Part shown: in pieces, positions 22,340 to 32,677 of the stretch
How positions within the stretch are numbered: position 1 is the first letter of the stretch
How the letters are laid out: each line of letters starts with the position of its first letter
Source: Escherichia phage ECO4
DNA: 64,000 nucleotides
Reading direction: 5' to 3' (one strand)
Sequence record: NC_054911.1
Translations under genes and position numbers: made by a program
The notes under the pieces: model-generated
The model's input: only the letters and a program-made list of their open reading frames with translations
Told to the model about the DNA's origin: nothing
Databases searched by the model: none

Positions 22340-24108
22340 AAAAGCCACAAGAAATGCAAACGATGCGTAGAAAAGTTATTTCAGATAATAAACCAACACA
22401 GGACGCGGCTAAATCCGCTTCTAATACTTTATCTGGTCTTAATGACATTTCTACAAAATTAGATGATGCTCAAGCTGCTTCTGAATTAATAGCTCAGACT
22501 GTTGAAGAAAAATCAAATGAAATAGTTGGAGCAATTGATAACGTTGAAAGCGCAGTAAGTGATACTACTGCCGGTTCTGAGTTAATTGCTGAAACTGTTG
22601 AAATTGGAAACAATATTAATAAAGAAATCGGTGAATCGCTCGGAAGCAAATTAGATAAATTAACAAGTTTACTGGAACAAAAAATTCAGACAGCTGGAAT
22701 TCAGCAAACTGGAACGAGTTTAGCAGTAGTCGAAAATGCTATTCCTGTTAAAGTCGTCGAGGATGATACAGCTGAATCTGTGGGTCCTTTATTACCGGCT
22801 CCTGAAGCAGTTAATAATGATCCTGATGCTGATTTTTTCCCTACTCCTCAGCCAATTGAACCAAAACAAGAGTCTCCAGAAGAGAAGCAAAAAAGAGACG
22901 CATTTAACTTAAAATTATCTCAAGCTTTAGATAAATTAACAAAGACAGTTGATTTCGGATTTAAGAAATCTATTTCAATTACTGATAAAATATCTAGCAT
23001 GCTATTTAAGTATACCGTCAGTGCTGCTATTGAAGCTGCTAAAATGGTTGCATTGATAATGGCTGTTGTTATTGGAATAGACCTGCTGATGGTTCATTTT
23101 AAATACTGGTCAGATAAATTTTCAAAAGCCTGGGATTTATTTAGCACTGATTTTACTAAATTCTCTAGCGAAACCGGAACATGGGGTCCTTTATTACAGA
23201 GCATCTTTGATTCTATTGATAAAATTAAACAACTTTGGGAAGCTGGAGATTGGGGCGGATTGACAGTAGCTATTGTTGAAGGGCTTGGAAGTGTTCTTTA
23301 TAATTTAGGAGAGCTTATTCAATTAGGTATGGCTAAATTATCTGCAGCAATTCTTCGAGTCATTCCTGGCATGAAGGATACTGCTGATGAAGTAGAAGGA
23401 AGAGCATTAGAAAATTTCCAAAATTCTACTGGAGCATCTCTTAATAAAGAAGACCAAGAAAAAGTAGCAAATTATCAAGATAAACGAATGAATGATGATC
23501 TTGGCCCAATAGCAAAAGGATTAGACAAAATTGCGAACTGGAAAACTCGTGCATCTAACTGGATTCGTGGTGTAGATAATAAAGAAGCATTGACTACTGA
23601 CGAAGAACGTGCAGCAGAAGAAGAAAAATTAAAACAACTTTCACCGGAAGAAAGAAAAAATGCTTTAATGAAAGCTAATGAAGCTCGTGCTGCGATGATT
23701 CGTTTTGAAAAATACGCTGATTCAGCTGATATGAGCAAAGACTCGACAGTTAAATCAATTGAAGCTGCTCATGAAGACCTTAAAAAACGAATGAATGATC
23801 CGGATTTAAATAATTCACCAGCAGTTAAAAAAGAACTTGCTTCTAGATTTGCTAAAATTGATGCCACTTATCAAGAGCTCAAGAAAAATCAACCTGAAGC
23901 AAAACCTGAAACTTCTGCTAAATCACCAGAAGCAAAACAGGTCCAGGTGATTGAAAAGAACAAAGCACAACAAGCTCCTGTTCAACAAGCATCTCCTTCA
24001 ATCAATAATACTAATAATGTTATTAAGAAAAATACTGTCGTTCATAATATGACACCTGTCACAAGCACAACTGCTCCTGGTGTATTTGGTGCGACGGGAG
24101 TTAATTAA
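22336..24108 (+). CDS. 29: baseplate hub / tail length determinant gp29
   Basis: 590 aa as in T4 gp29; position. Confidence 0.85.
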   Translation: MKKPQEMQTMRRKVISDNKPTQDAAKSASNTLSGLNDISTKLDDAQAASELIAQTVEEKSNEIVGAIDNVESAVSDTTAGSELIAETVEIGNNINKEIGESLGSKLDKLTSLLEQKIQTAGIQQTGTSLAVVENAIPVKVVEDDTAESVGPLLPAPEAVNNDPDADFFPTPQPIEPKQESPEEKQKRDAFNLKLSQALDKLTKTVDFGFKKSISITDKISSMLFKYTVSAAIEAAKMVALIMAVVIGIDLLMVHFKYWSDKFSKAWDLFSTDFTKFSSETGTWGPLLQSIFDSIDKIKQLWEAGDWGGLTVAIVEGLGSVLYNLGELIQLGMAKLSAAILRVIPGMKDTADEVEGRALENFQNSTGASLNKEDQEKVANYQDKRMNDDLGPIAKGLDKIANWKTRASNWIRGVDNKEALTTDEERAAEEEKLKQLSPEERKNALMKANEARAAMIRFEKYADSADMSKDSTVKSIEAAHEDLKKRMNDPDLNNSPAVKKELASRFAKIDATYQELKKNQPEAKPETSAKSPEAKQVQVIEKNKAQQAPVQQASPSINNTNNVIKKNTVVHNMTPVTSTTAPGVFGATGVN

Positions 24109-24116
24109 GGAATAAT

Positions 24117-25211
24117 ATGGCAATTGTTAAAGAAATAACTGCTGATTTAATTAAAAAGTCCGGTGAAACAATTTCAGCCGGACAGAGTACTAAATCAGAA
24201 GTAGGAACTAAAACATACACAGCCCAGTTTCCAACTGGGCGTGCTAGTGGTAATGACACTACAGGGGACTTCCAGGTAACAGATCTATATAAGAATGGAT
24301 TATTATTTACTGCATACAATATGTCATCTAGGGATTCTGGAAGTCTTAGAACGATGAGATCTAACTACTCTTCTTCATCTTCGAGTATTTTACGTACAGC
24401 CAGAAACACTATCAGTAATACAGTATCAAAACTATCAAATGGACTAATATCAGATAATAATTCAGGAACAATAAGTAAAGTTCCTGTTGCAAATATTCTT
24501 TTACCTAGATCTAAATCTGACGTCGATACGTCATCACATAGATTTAATGATGTTCAAGATAGTCTTATTACAAAAGGCGGAGGTACTGCTACTGGTGTGC
24601 TAAGTAATATGGCTTCAACTGCAGTATTTGGTGCGCTTGAAAGTATAACACAAGGAATAATGGCTGATAATAATGAACAGATCTATACAACAGCTAGAAG
24701 TATGTATGGCGGTGCTGAAAATAGAACAAAAGTGTTCACCTGGGATTTGACTCCGCGCTCAACAGAAGATTTAATGGCTATTATTAATATCTATCAGTAT
24801 TTTAACTATTTTTCTTACGGTGAAACTGGTAAATCTCAATATGCTGCTGAAATAAAAGGATATTTAGATGAGTGGTATCGTTCTACATTTATTGAACCAT
24901 TAACGCCAGAAGACGCGATTAAAAACAAGACGTTATTTGAAAAAATGACATCGAGTTTAACGAACGTTCTTGTAGTTTCAAACCCGACAATTTGGATGGT
25001 GAAAAACTTTGGTGCAACTTCTAAATTTGATGGAAAGACTGAAGTATTCGGTCCATGCCAAATACAGAGTATTAGATTTGATAAAACACCAAATGGTAAC
25101 TTTAATGGATTAGCTATTGCTCCTAACCTTCCAAGTTCTTTTACACTCGAGATTACTATGAGAGAGATTATTACGTTAAACCGTGCTTCTTTATATACGG
25201 GGACTTTCTAA
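24117..25211 (+). CDS. 48: baseplate tail-tube junction protein gp48
   Basis: 364 aa as in T4 gp48. Confidence 0.85.
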   Translation: MAIVKEITADLIKKSGETISAGQSTKSEVGTKTYTAQFPTGRASGNDTTGDFQVTDLYKNGLLFTAYNMSSRDSGSLRTMRSNYSSSSSSILRTARNTISNTVSKLSNGLISDNNSGTISKVPVANILLPRSKSDVDTSSHRFNDVQDSLITKGGGTATGVLSNMASTAVFGALESITQGIMADNNEQIYTTARSMYGGAENRTKVFTWDLTPRSTEDLMAIINIYQYFNYFSYGETGKSQYAAEIKGYLDEWYRSTFIEPLTPEDAIKNKTLFEKMTSSLTNVLVVSNPTIWMVKNFGATSKFDGKTEVFGPCQIQSIRFDKTPNGNFNGLAIAPNLPSSFTLEITMREIITLNRASLYTGTF

Positions 25212-26176
25212 TGTATTCTTTAGAGGAATTTAATAATCAAGCAATAAACGCAGACTTCCAACGTAATAATATGTTCAGCTGTGTTTTTGCTACAACTCCA
25301 TCAACTAAAAGCTCATCGTTAATAAGCTCAATTAGTAACTTTGCTTATAATAACTTGGGTCTAAATTCAGATTGGTTGGGATTAACTCAAGGTGATATTA
25401 ATCAGGGAATTACCACGCTAATTACCGCTGGCACACAAAAACTGATAAGAAAATCAGGGGTTAGTAAATATCTTATTGGTGCCATGAGTCAACGTACAGT
25501 TCAAAGTTTATTAGGCTCATTTACAGTTGGTACATATTTAATTGACTTCTTTAACATGGCATATAACTCATCTGGATTGATGATATATTCTGTAAAAATG
25601 CCAGAGAATAGATTATCCTATGAAACTGACTGGAACTATAATTCTCCTAATATTCGTATAACTGGAAGAGAATTAGACCCTTTGGTTATTTCATTTAGAA
25701 TGGATTCAGAAGCTTGTAACTATCGTGCAATGCAAGACTGGGTTAACGCTGTTCAAGACCCAGTAACTGGATTGCGTGCTTTACCGCAAGATGTCGAGGC
25801 AGATATTCAGGTCAATCTTCATTCTCGCAATGGATTACCACATACTGCGGTGATGTTCACTGGCTGTATTCCAATATCTGTGAGTGCTCCTGAGTTATCA
25901 TATGATGGAGATAACCAAATAACTACATTTGATGTTACTTTCGCGTATAGAGTCATGCAGGCTGGAGCAGTTGATAGACAAGCTGCCCTTGAATGGCTTG
26001 AATCTGCTACTATAAATGGTATTCAAAGCGTTCTCGGAAATAGTGGAGGTGTTACTGGACTATCTAATTCGCTTTCACGACTTAGTAGATTAGGGGGAAC
26101 TGCAGGAAGCATTTCAAATATTAATACTATGACAGGAATTGTCAACTCGCAAAGTAAAATATTAGGAGCAATATAA
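25211..26176 (+). CDS. 54: baseplate tail-tube initiator gp54
   Basis: 321 aa; position. Confidence 0.85.
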   Translation: MYSLEEFNNQAINADFQRNNMFSCVFATTPSTKSSSLISSISNFAYNNLGLNSDWLGLTQGDINQGITTLITAGTQKLIRKSGVSKYLIGAMSQRTVQSLLGSFTVGTYLIDFFNMAYNSSGLMIYSVKMPENRLSYETDWNYNSPNIRITGRELDPLVISFRMDSEACNYRAMQDWVNAVQDPVTGLRALPQDVEADIQVNLHSRNGLPHTAVMFTGCIPISVSAPELSYDGDNQITTFDVTFAYRVMQAGAVDRQAALEWLESATINGIQSVLGNSGGVTGLSNSLSRLSRLGGTAGSISNINTMTGIVNSQSKILGAI

Positions 26177-26180
26177 CAAT

Positions 26181-26210
26181 GGGGACCGAAAGGTCCCCAT
26201 GTTTTTATTT
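26181..26210. terminator. bidirectional terminator between convergent gene 54 and the alt region
   Basis: GGGGACC-GAAA-GGTCCCC hairpin followed by T-run. Confidence 0.8.
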
Positions 26211-26495
26211 ACGGAATGAAATAAAAGCAGCAACTGAAGCAACAGAGGTTTCTTCAATATAAACCTCAATTTTTATCGGAGCTTCTGACTCAAATTTACC
26301 TGTTACTACACCCTGAAAAATACTTTCAGTCTGTTCTGGCTTTGAAAAATTTTCAGAAGGAAAAATTCCGAACTTTTTATCTGTTCCAAAAATTTTGATA
26401 AATTCATCGTAAACTGCTTCATTGAAAGCGTTATCAGCGGGAATAACGCCTTCAACGACGAGTTCTTGACCTAAAAAGCGCAAAGAAGATTTCAT
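26205..26495 (-). CDS. hypothetical protein downstream of the Alt genes
   Basis: 96-aa ORF with GAGGA RBS, immediately downstream of promoter cassette 26503..26556. Confidence 0.6.
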   Translation of the reverse strand: MKSSLRFLGQELVVEGVIPADNAFNEAVYDEFIKIFGTDKKFGIFPSENFSKPEQTESIFQGVVTGKFESEAPIKIEVYIEETSVASVAAFISFRK

Positions 26496-26502
26496 TTTGT
26501 GT

Positions 26503-26556
26503 TCCTCATGTTATGTCAGTAAGACTACTATAACACAACACGAGGGACTTGTAAAC
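26503..26556 (-). promoter_or_regulatory. early-type promoter/leader cassette, copy 1 of an exact 54-bp repeat
   Basis: Minus strand GTTTACA - 17 nt - TATAGT with TGn, then leader ending in GAGGA RBS; identical to 41827..41880. Confidence 0.6.
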
Positions 26557-28613
26557 TACATTTTGAACTTTTTAGACATTCCGTTGATGTTAACCAAAGA
26601 AGCTAAGATTTGAGAAACTTCGTTTTCCTCTTCTTTTGATTCTTCTACAAGGAATTGATTAAATCCAGCCATTGGACGAACTTCACCAGTTTCCATTAGA
26701 TGGTCGCCATCATATACTGATTCTTCTAATTGTTCAGAAGGAGGAACGATTGTACCTTCGATTAGATACTTGTTATAAGCAGTTTCTTTCATAAAGTAAG
26801 TACTTACTTTATTAATCTTCAGTAAAATTCCACGTGGTAGAATAACTTCAGCTTCTGATGGAAATCCTGACAAATGACCTGGAACGATAACTTTAACTCG
26901 TTCAGCTCCTTTAATTACCATACCCACGCTAGTTTCAGCATCTTCATTAGCATATGTAGAATGACTACCCATATGCATCAAATCTTCTGCATCAACGGAA
27001 CCTTCTCCTTCACCAGAAAATACTGCTCCGGAATCATCTAAGGCCATATAATTTTTACCATACTCACCAAAGATATTTGGTTTAAGTGATGTAGATACGA
27101 AGTTCTTGAAATAGAACATTTTATTTTCAATGTTATGACGCAAAGTTTTAAAAGTAACTTCTTGTCCACGGTAAAGTGTAGTTCCTGGAGGAAGAACTGA
27201 ACCTTTAGCAAACGCAGAATCCATAGTCTCGATGTGCTTAATAGCGCGCTCCATGTATTCTTCACGTGTAGAATCAGGTTTACCTAAAAGGAATGAGTTC
27301 ATTTCAACATACGAATCTGCACAATAATCTTCAATTACATCAGATTCAGCCTGAGTCAATCCTTTTGGAGTTACTTCAGTGCTTGCATATTCATACGCCT
27401 GAGCAGCGGATTCATCAATTAATTTATAAATGCCATTCATGACAAATTGAATAATAGCTGTCTTTTCATCTGGCGTAGCTTTAGAACCTTTAACTAAATC
27501 ATTGACAATTTTCTTAATAACATCAAAGCTATTAGAAATATTAATGTCAGCAAGATCGCTTAAAATTTTATCAGTTTTATAATCAAAAAATTCTTTATTC
27601 TTTAAATATTCTTGAGAACTTTGATATGTTATATCGCTCTGCAACTTGATAGATGGATCACGTAAACGTGCATGGGCTAATGCAATATGATTTCGGAAGC
27701 TTTCTAGTTCATAATCACTAGATTTAAAACGAGAAGCACTCCTCATACCACCGATAGCTCCTTTGCCGAAGTTTGAACCAATCTGAATAACGCCAGAGTT
27801 CATTGGTCCTTCTGCTTTATATACCGGAACTTTAGATTCAAACTCTTGATATTTCTTAGCAGCAAAGCTATCACCCTGAAGTGAAGCATCAACAGTAGAA
27901 TATTGAGCTTGTGCTGCTAATCGACGACTAATTTTAGTTTTCTGAATAACAGCTTGATCCGTACGCTTATCATTTTCTAAAGCAATAGAAGCAGCAACTG
28001 CGACAGCTTTAGGAACAGCATTACCTGTTTTAACGTCTACATAAACATCACCGACTTTCGATTCAACTTTTGTGAATAACTCAGTTGAAATAGGAGGTAC
28101 ACCTGGAATGTCTTCTAAATTGGCATTTTTACGGTAAACCATAATATATGCATATTTCTTATCATAGTCCCAGATTTCCTTTAAAAGAACATATCGACCT
28201 GCTCCTTTAGTACGTACTAAACGGTCAGCAATAACTTGCATTTGACGAGCAGCGCCATTTGTTTTACTTTTTAGTACGCGGAATAGGCATGCATCAATTT
28301 TATACTGTTTCATTGTTTGAAGAGCAGTATCAAAAACCGCATTAATGACACCAATTGGATTTCCACCCAAATTTTTAAGCTTAACTAACGATAATTTCTC
28401 ATTAACACCTATCATTACGATATGCATCATTTTGTCGCCTGGCTTAACGTTTTTATTCGTATCACCGCCAGAGGTGTATGTACAAAATCGAAATCCAGGA
28501 AGAACGCTTTCTTCACCGGCTTGAATAGCAAAAATTTGAGGTATTTTATGCTTAGGATTTAAGTTAACAACCGGCGCCGAAGCGCCGTCAAATAATTCTG
28601 TAATAAGTTCCAT
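26556..28613 (-). CDS. Alt-family mono-ADP-ribosyltransferase, paralog A
   Basis: 685 aa; shared N-terminal region MELITELFD...; R-S-E type motifs (YRGQ, FVSTSL, EAEVILPRG). Confidence 0.85.
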   Translation of the reverse strand: MELITELFDGASAPVVNLNPKHKIPQIFAIQAGEESVLPGFRFCTYTSGGDTNKNVKPGDKMMHIVMIGVNEKLSLVKLKNLGGNPIGVINAVFDTALQTMKQYKIDACLFRVLKSKTNGAARQMQVIADRLVRTKGAGRYVLLKEIWDYDKKYAYIMVYRKNANLEDIPGVPPISTELFTKVESKVGDVYVDVKTGNAVPKAVAVAASIALENDKRTDQAVIQKTKISRRLAAQAQYSTVDASLQGDSFAAKKYQEFESKVPVYKAEGPMNSGVIQIGSNFGKGAIGGMRSASRFKSSDYELESFRNHIALAHARLRDPSIKLQSDITYQSSQEYLKNKEFFDYKTDKILSDLADINISNSFDVIKKIVNDLVKGSKATPDEKTAIIQFVMNGIYKLIDESAAQAYEYASTEVTPKGLTQAESDVIEDYCADSYVEMNSFLLGKPDSTREEYMERAIKHIETMDSAFAKGSVLPPGTTLYRGQEVTFKTLRHNIENKMFYFKNFVSTSLKPNIFGEYGKNYMALDDSGAVFSGEGEGSVDAEDLMHMGSHSTYANEDAETSVGMVIKGAERVKVIVPGHLSGFPSEAEVILPRGILLKINKVSTYFMKETAYNKYLIEGTIVPPSEQLEESVYDGDHLMETGEVRPMAGFNQFLVEESKEEENEVSQILASLVNINGMSKKFKM

Positions 28614-28616
28614 GAT

Positions 28617-30713
28617 TTATCCTTGAACGAACTTGTAAGGCATGTTTGTAATATCTATGCAAGACGCAATAATTCCAAGAGATGATTCTACTTTCTGTTT
28701 AACATTTGATGAAACAAATGATGCAAAGTCAACTCTATCTTCTATTTCAATATCACCTGTCATTGCAACTACTTCACCGGTTTCCATTAAATGGTCTCCG
28801 TCATAGATTACCGATTCGGTGAGCTCTTCCGTGGTCATAACTTCAGCTTGAATGAGTTTTGTATTATTAGATGTTGTTCCGTCATTATTAGAAGCATCAG
28901 TTATTTTATTAACTTTGACCATCAATCCACGCGGTAGAATAACTTCAGCTTCTGTTGCTATTCCGAGACTTCCTGGATATACAACATTAACTTTATGAGC
29001 TCCATCAATTGCCCATCCTATTTGAACTTTAACGTATTCAGGATTTTCTTTATACGCTCTTATTTCGTTTGGATTAATAGTTATTCCTTCTTCATTTTTA
29101 TCAACTGTTAATTCATTGCGAGCTTCTGGTTCTAAAAGACCAATACCAGCATGTGTGATTCCAAAACGTCCAAAAATGATAGGAGTTAAAGAAGTAGATA
29201 CAAAATTTCTGAAGTAGAACACTTTATTTTTAACTAACGCTTCATATATAGGAGCAGTCATACTTTGAGCACGATAAACTGTAATGCCTTCTGGTATACG
29301 GTCACCATTTTCAAAAGCTGAATCTAAGTTATTTATAGCAGATTCAATTTCTTTTTCACTCATTACATCATATCGTTCTGGATTGTAACGACCTAAAAGA
29401 AGATTATTGATGTCAGTATATCCTGAACCGCAATATTCTCTAATGCCACGCTTTTGTGATGGAGTATATTTAGAACCATCGCGGGCAATAGTAATATCAA
29501 TCATTGGACCAGCACCAATTCCAGAAAAACTGTAAATCATTCGTTTGAGGAATTTAGTTTTTGCTGCGTTCCAGGAATTTTTAGTTATTTCTTCCCAGAC
29601 TTCATCTGGTTGTCCTTTACGATTTTTATTATGATTAGCAAGCCATTTATCTTTATAATCTTCAAAGAATTGATTTACAGCTGCTGCGTATTTCTCTAAA
29701 CATTTTATTGAAGTAGTTGGTTCATTTTTAATTGCATTAAAAATTACTTCTTTAATTTTTTCTGAAACTTCACCGACTTGACTCATTGGAAAGAATTTAT
29801 AATCATAGTGAAGTTCATCTGCCGTTCCTTCAGCAATAATTTTTGCTGCCTTTGTTTTAGAAGCTAATGAATTAATTCCAATTTTCATTTCTTCTGCTTC
29901 GGGAATTAAAGGTGCAGTAGCTGGTTTATTAAAATTAGCTGCTGTAGATTCATACTTCTGGAATAATTCACTTTCAAATCTAGAAGATTCCAATGACTGA
30001 CTTTGTGCAATTGCTCTACGGGAAATTTTAACTTTAACGATTACGGCTTGGTCAGAACGTTTATCATTTTCTTGTGCAATAGATGCAGCAATTGCCTCAT
30101 TTTTGGTTACTTGAGCTCCAGTATCTTTATTGATATAAACATCACCGACCTTCGATTCAACTTTAGTAAAAAGCTCGGTGCTAATTTCTGGAACTCCTGG
30201 AATGTCTTCTAGTGATACATTTTTACGATGTATAAGAATATATGCATACTTTTTATCGTAATCCCAGAGTTCCTTAAGAAGGACGTATCTGCCACCTGAA
30301 CGACTGCGGATGAGTCTATCAGCAATAAGTTGAATTTGTCGAGCTTGACCGGCGGTTTTAGACTTAAGAATACGAAGCATGCAGGCATCAATTTTATATT
30401 GACGCATTGTTTGCATTGCAACAGTAAAAACTGAATTGATATAATTAATCGGGCTTGGACCAAGACCTTTTAATTTAGCAATTGAACCTTTAGCAGTTAA
30501 TGTAAAAGGAACAATGTGCATCATTTTATCGCCCATCTTTAAATCACGATTAGTATCACCTCCAGATGTATAGGTACATAAACGAAAGCCTGGTTGTTCA
30601 ATTGCATCATCAACATGAACTGAAAAAATTTGTGGTATTTTCTTCTTTGGATTTAAGTTTGTAATCGGAAGAGTAGTATCTTCGTCAAATAATTCTGTAA
30701 TGAGTTCCATCAT
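28617..30713 (-). CDS. alt: Alt-family mono-ADP-ribosyltransferase, paralog B
   Basis: 698 aa; same N-terminal and catalytic motifs (YRAQ, FVSTSL, EAEVILPRG), diverged middle; which copy is the alt ortholog is not resolved. Confidence 0.85.
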   Translation of the reverse strand: MMELITELFDEDTTLPITNLNPKKKIPQIFSVHVDDAIEQPGFRLCTYTSGGDTNRDLKMGDKMMHIVPFTLTAKGSIAKLKGLGPSPINYINSVFTVAMQTMRQYKIDACMLRILKSKTAGQARQIQLIADRLIRSRSGGRYVLLKELWDYDKKYAYILIHRKNVSLEDIPGVPEISTELFTKVESKVGDVYINKDTGAQVTKNEAIAASIAQENDKRSDQAVIVKVKISRRAIAQSQSLESSRFESELFQKYESTAANFNKPATAPLIPEAEEMKIGINSLASKTKAAKIIAEGTADELHYDYKFFPMSQVGEVSEKIKEVIFNAIKNEPTTSIKCLEKYAAAVNQFFEDYKDKWLANHNKNRKGQPDEVWEEITKNSWNAAKTKFLKRMIYSFSGIGAGPMIDITIARDGSKYTPSQKRGIREYCGSGYTDINNLLLGRYNPERYDVMSEKEIESAINNLDSAFENGDRIPEGITVYRAQSMTAPIYEALVKNKVFYFRNFVSTSLTPIIFGRFGITHAGIGLLEPEARNELTVDKNEEGITINPNEIRAYKENPEYVKVQIGWAIDGAHKVNVVYPGSLGIATEAEVILPRGLMVKVNKITDASNNDGTTSNNTKLIQAEVMTTEELTESVIYDGDHLMETGEVVAMTGDIEIEDRVDFASFVSSNVKQKVESSLGIIASCIDITNMPYKFVQG

Positions 30714-30733
30714 ATCCTCTCTAGTGTTTATTC

Positions 30734-30741
30734 TATTTATA
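30734..30741 (-). promoter_or_regulatory. late promoter TATAAATA upstream of Alt paralog B
   Basis: Exact TATAAATA on minus strand about 20 nt upstream of the ATG at 30713. Confidence 0.55.
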
Positions 30742-30748
30742 AAATTAA

Positions 30749-30762
30749 AGGCCCGAAGGCCT
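30749..30762 (-). terminator. stem-loop after the ligase operon
   Basis: AGGCC-CGAA-GGCCT hairpin followed on minus strand by TTTAATTTTAT. Confidence 0.55.
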
Positions 30763-30951
30763 TTAATAATCTATTGGTAATAGAGTACGATATATTTCAA
30801 ACTTTGGACCTTTTTCATAAGCATCAAAAGTTTCTGTGAATTTATTATAAGCATATGCATCTATAAATTCAATCATGATTTGCGATACAGAAGTAGAAAC
30901 ATCTCCACCTTCTTTTTGAGCCACGACAATTGTTTCTAAGTAAGCTTTCAT
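30763..30951 (-). CDS. hypothetical protein downstream of DNA ligase
   Basis: 62-aa ORF whose ATG overlaps gene 30 stop (ATGA). Confidence 0.5.
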   Translation of the reverse strand: MKAYLETIVVAQKEGGDVSTSVSQIMIEFIDAYAYNKFTETFDAYEKGPKFEIYRTLLPIDY

Positions 30952-32411
30952 AAACCAGTTACCTCATGAAAATCGCCAAATACATCTTCGAACGTATTAG
31001 CTTTAGTTTTATCTTCACGTAAACGAATCGCAATTGGAAGAAATAATTTAACGTAATCGGTGCGGCCATCAGATTTTAACCAACCGTTGCATTCACACTC
31101 TAGAATTTTTCCAATATAATAATTTTGGTTTTCCATAATGCGAGTACGGTCAAGTTCATGCGATTTTACACCAGCTTTATCTTTTAAGCCTGAACCAGCA
31201 TTTACTTTAATTTTTCCACACTCTGACTCAAGAATAAATCCACCCGCTTTAGTAGGGTCTTTACGGTGAGGATAAATTCCTACAATTTTTAAATCAACAT
31301 CAATTACTTCTTTAAATTTATAAAGATTTTTTGAACGAGCATTTTCCCATAATCCATCGATATTTTTGAGAATAATACCTTCAAGACCTTGGTCAATATA
31401 CTTTTTATAAATTACCTTAGCTTCATCTAGGTTATTTACTACCTGGTTTTCAATTAAAATTACTTTATCATAACCTGATGTCATTTGTTCTAGTTTAGAA
31501 AAACGTACATCATATTTCAAACGAAATGCAGGAAGACCGTATATTTCTACCAACGGGACATAATCCCAGACCTGAAACTTCATGCATTGTGCTTCTTTTT
31601 CAGAAATGGTTCCCTTTAAAGATTTATTAGCGATTCCATTAGAAGTAGTACGTGATTCAGCTACTTCGGCGAATTCTTTAGCTTTACTAATTTCAGGATA
31701 AGCATCAAAAAGAAAATCTAGGCCTTCTGGTTCCTTTTCAACTTGCTCATGGTATACCAATTCGCCATCAATTAACACACCTTCTGGATGAATCTGGCGA
31801 GCTTCTGCAGTCATTTTGATTAACTCTTCCTTGAGAAGATCTAATCCTAGATATTCATTACCAGCTCGTGATAAAAGACGAACATCATCTAATTCATCAC
31901 CTCTGACTTCAGCAAAGCACCGAGCTCCATCAGCTTTTAATTGGGCAAAGGCTGGAAACTTGATATTCTTACTAATGCCTTTTTCATCATAAGAACTTGC
32001 CAGCATTTGAGGTTGTTCAGGAATTAAACCTGGCCAAACTTTGTTTGCAATAGATACTGAAGCACCGCATTCAAGGTCTCGCATCATCACCCGACGCAAA
32101 ACTTCAACATCATCTTTTTTACCGTCAGCAATATATCCAGTTAATTCCTCAATTGCCGCATTTCCGGTCAATTTCCGAGTAGCTAACGTGAATTCAATGA
32201 AGTCAAGCATATCGGTAAGAGTCAACATTCCAAAACTCTGGGTAGCAATACCAGGTTTAGGCCATTTCTTGATATAATACTGTAACCCACGAGAATAAGT
32301 CAGACGATATACTCGTTTAAGCAATTCATTATCTTTATTCTTTTCAAGAATTGCTTGCTTCTGCTTAGTTGAACCAATAGATGCTATTTCGTTCAGAATT
32401 TTAAGAATCAT
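30948..32411 (-). CDS. 30: ATP-dependent DNA ligase gp30
   Basis: 487 aa; N-terminus MILKILNEIASIGSTKQKQ... and KADGARC adenylation motif recognised as T4 DNA ligase. Confidence 0.95.
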   Translation of the reverse strand: MILKILNEIASIGSTKQKQAILEKNKDNELLKRVYRLTYSRGLQYYIKKWPKPGIATQSFGMLTLTDMLDFIEFTLATRKLTGNAAIEELTGYIADGKKDDVEVLRRVMMRDLECGASVSIANKVWPGLIPEQPQMLASSYDEKGISKNIKFPAFAQLKADGARCFAEVRGDELDDVRLLSRAGNEYLGLDLLKEELIKMTAEARQIHPEGVLIDGELVYHEQVEKEPEGLDFLFDAYPEISKAKEFAEVAESRTTSNGIANKSLKGTISEKEAQCMKFQVWDYVPLVEIYGLPAFRLKYDVRFSKLEQMTSGYDKVILIENQVVNNLDEAKVIYKKYIDQGLEGIILKNIDGLWENARSKNLYKFKEVIDVDLKIVGIYPHRKDPTKAGGFILESECGKIKVNAGSGLKDKAGVKSHELDRTRIMENQNYYIGKILECECNGWLKSDGRTDYVKLFLPIAIRLREDKTKANTFEDVFGDFHEVTGL

Positions 32412-32677
32412 TGTTCATCCTTTAGAGTTTGGTTTACAGCTCTATTATAAATCAATTCATCATTAAGCTCAGGCAAAGACTTATGATATGTAGTTCTAAC
32501 TTTATTTCCTTGCATCCAGTGCTTAACGTAAATGAAACCTTGCTCTACACATTTTTTAAAAATTCGTTCGTCTTTTTGAGCTCGGAATTCTGGATTACAT
32601 CTAAAAAATTGATTTACGTGACCGTAATCACGTGTAGTATTACCTTCATTTTCATAAATAGTGTGAATAACAAACAT
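32408..32677 (-). CDS. hypothetical protein (30.1 position)
   Basis: 89-aa ORF overlapping neighbours by 1..4 nt. Confidence 0.55.
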   Translation of the reverse strand: MFVIHTIYENEGNTTRDYGHVNQFFRCNPEFRAQKDERIFKKCVEQGFIYVKHWMQGNKVRTTYHKSLPELNDELIYNRAVNQTLKDEQ

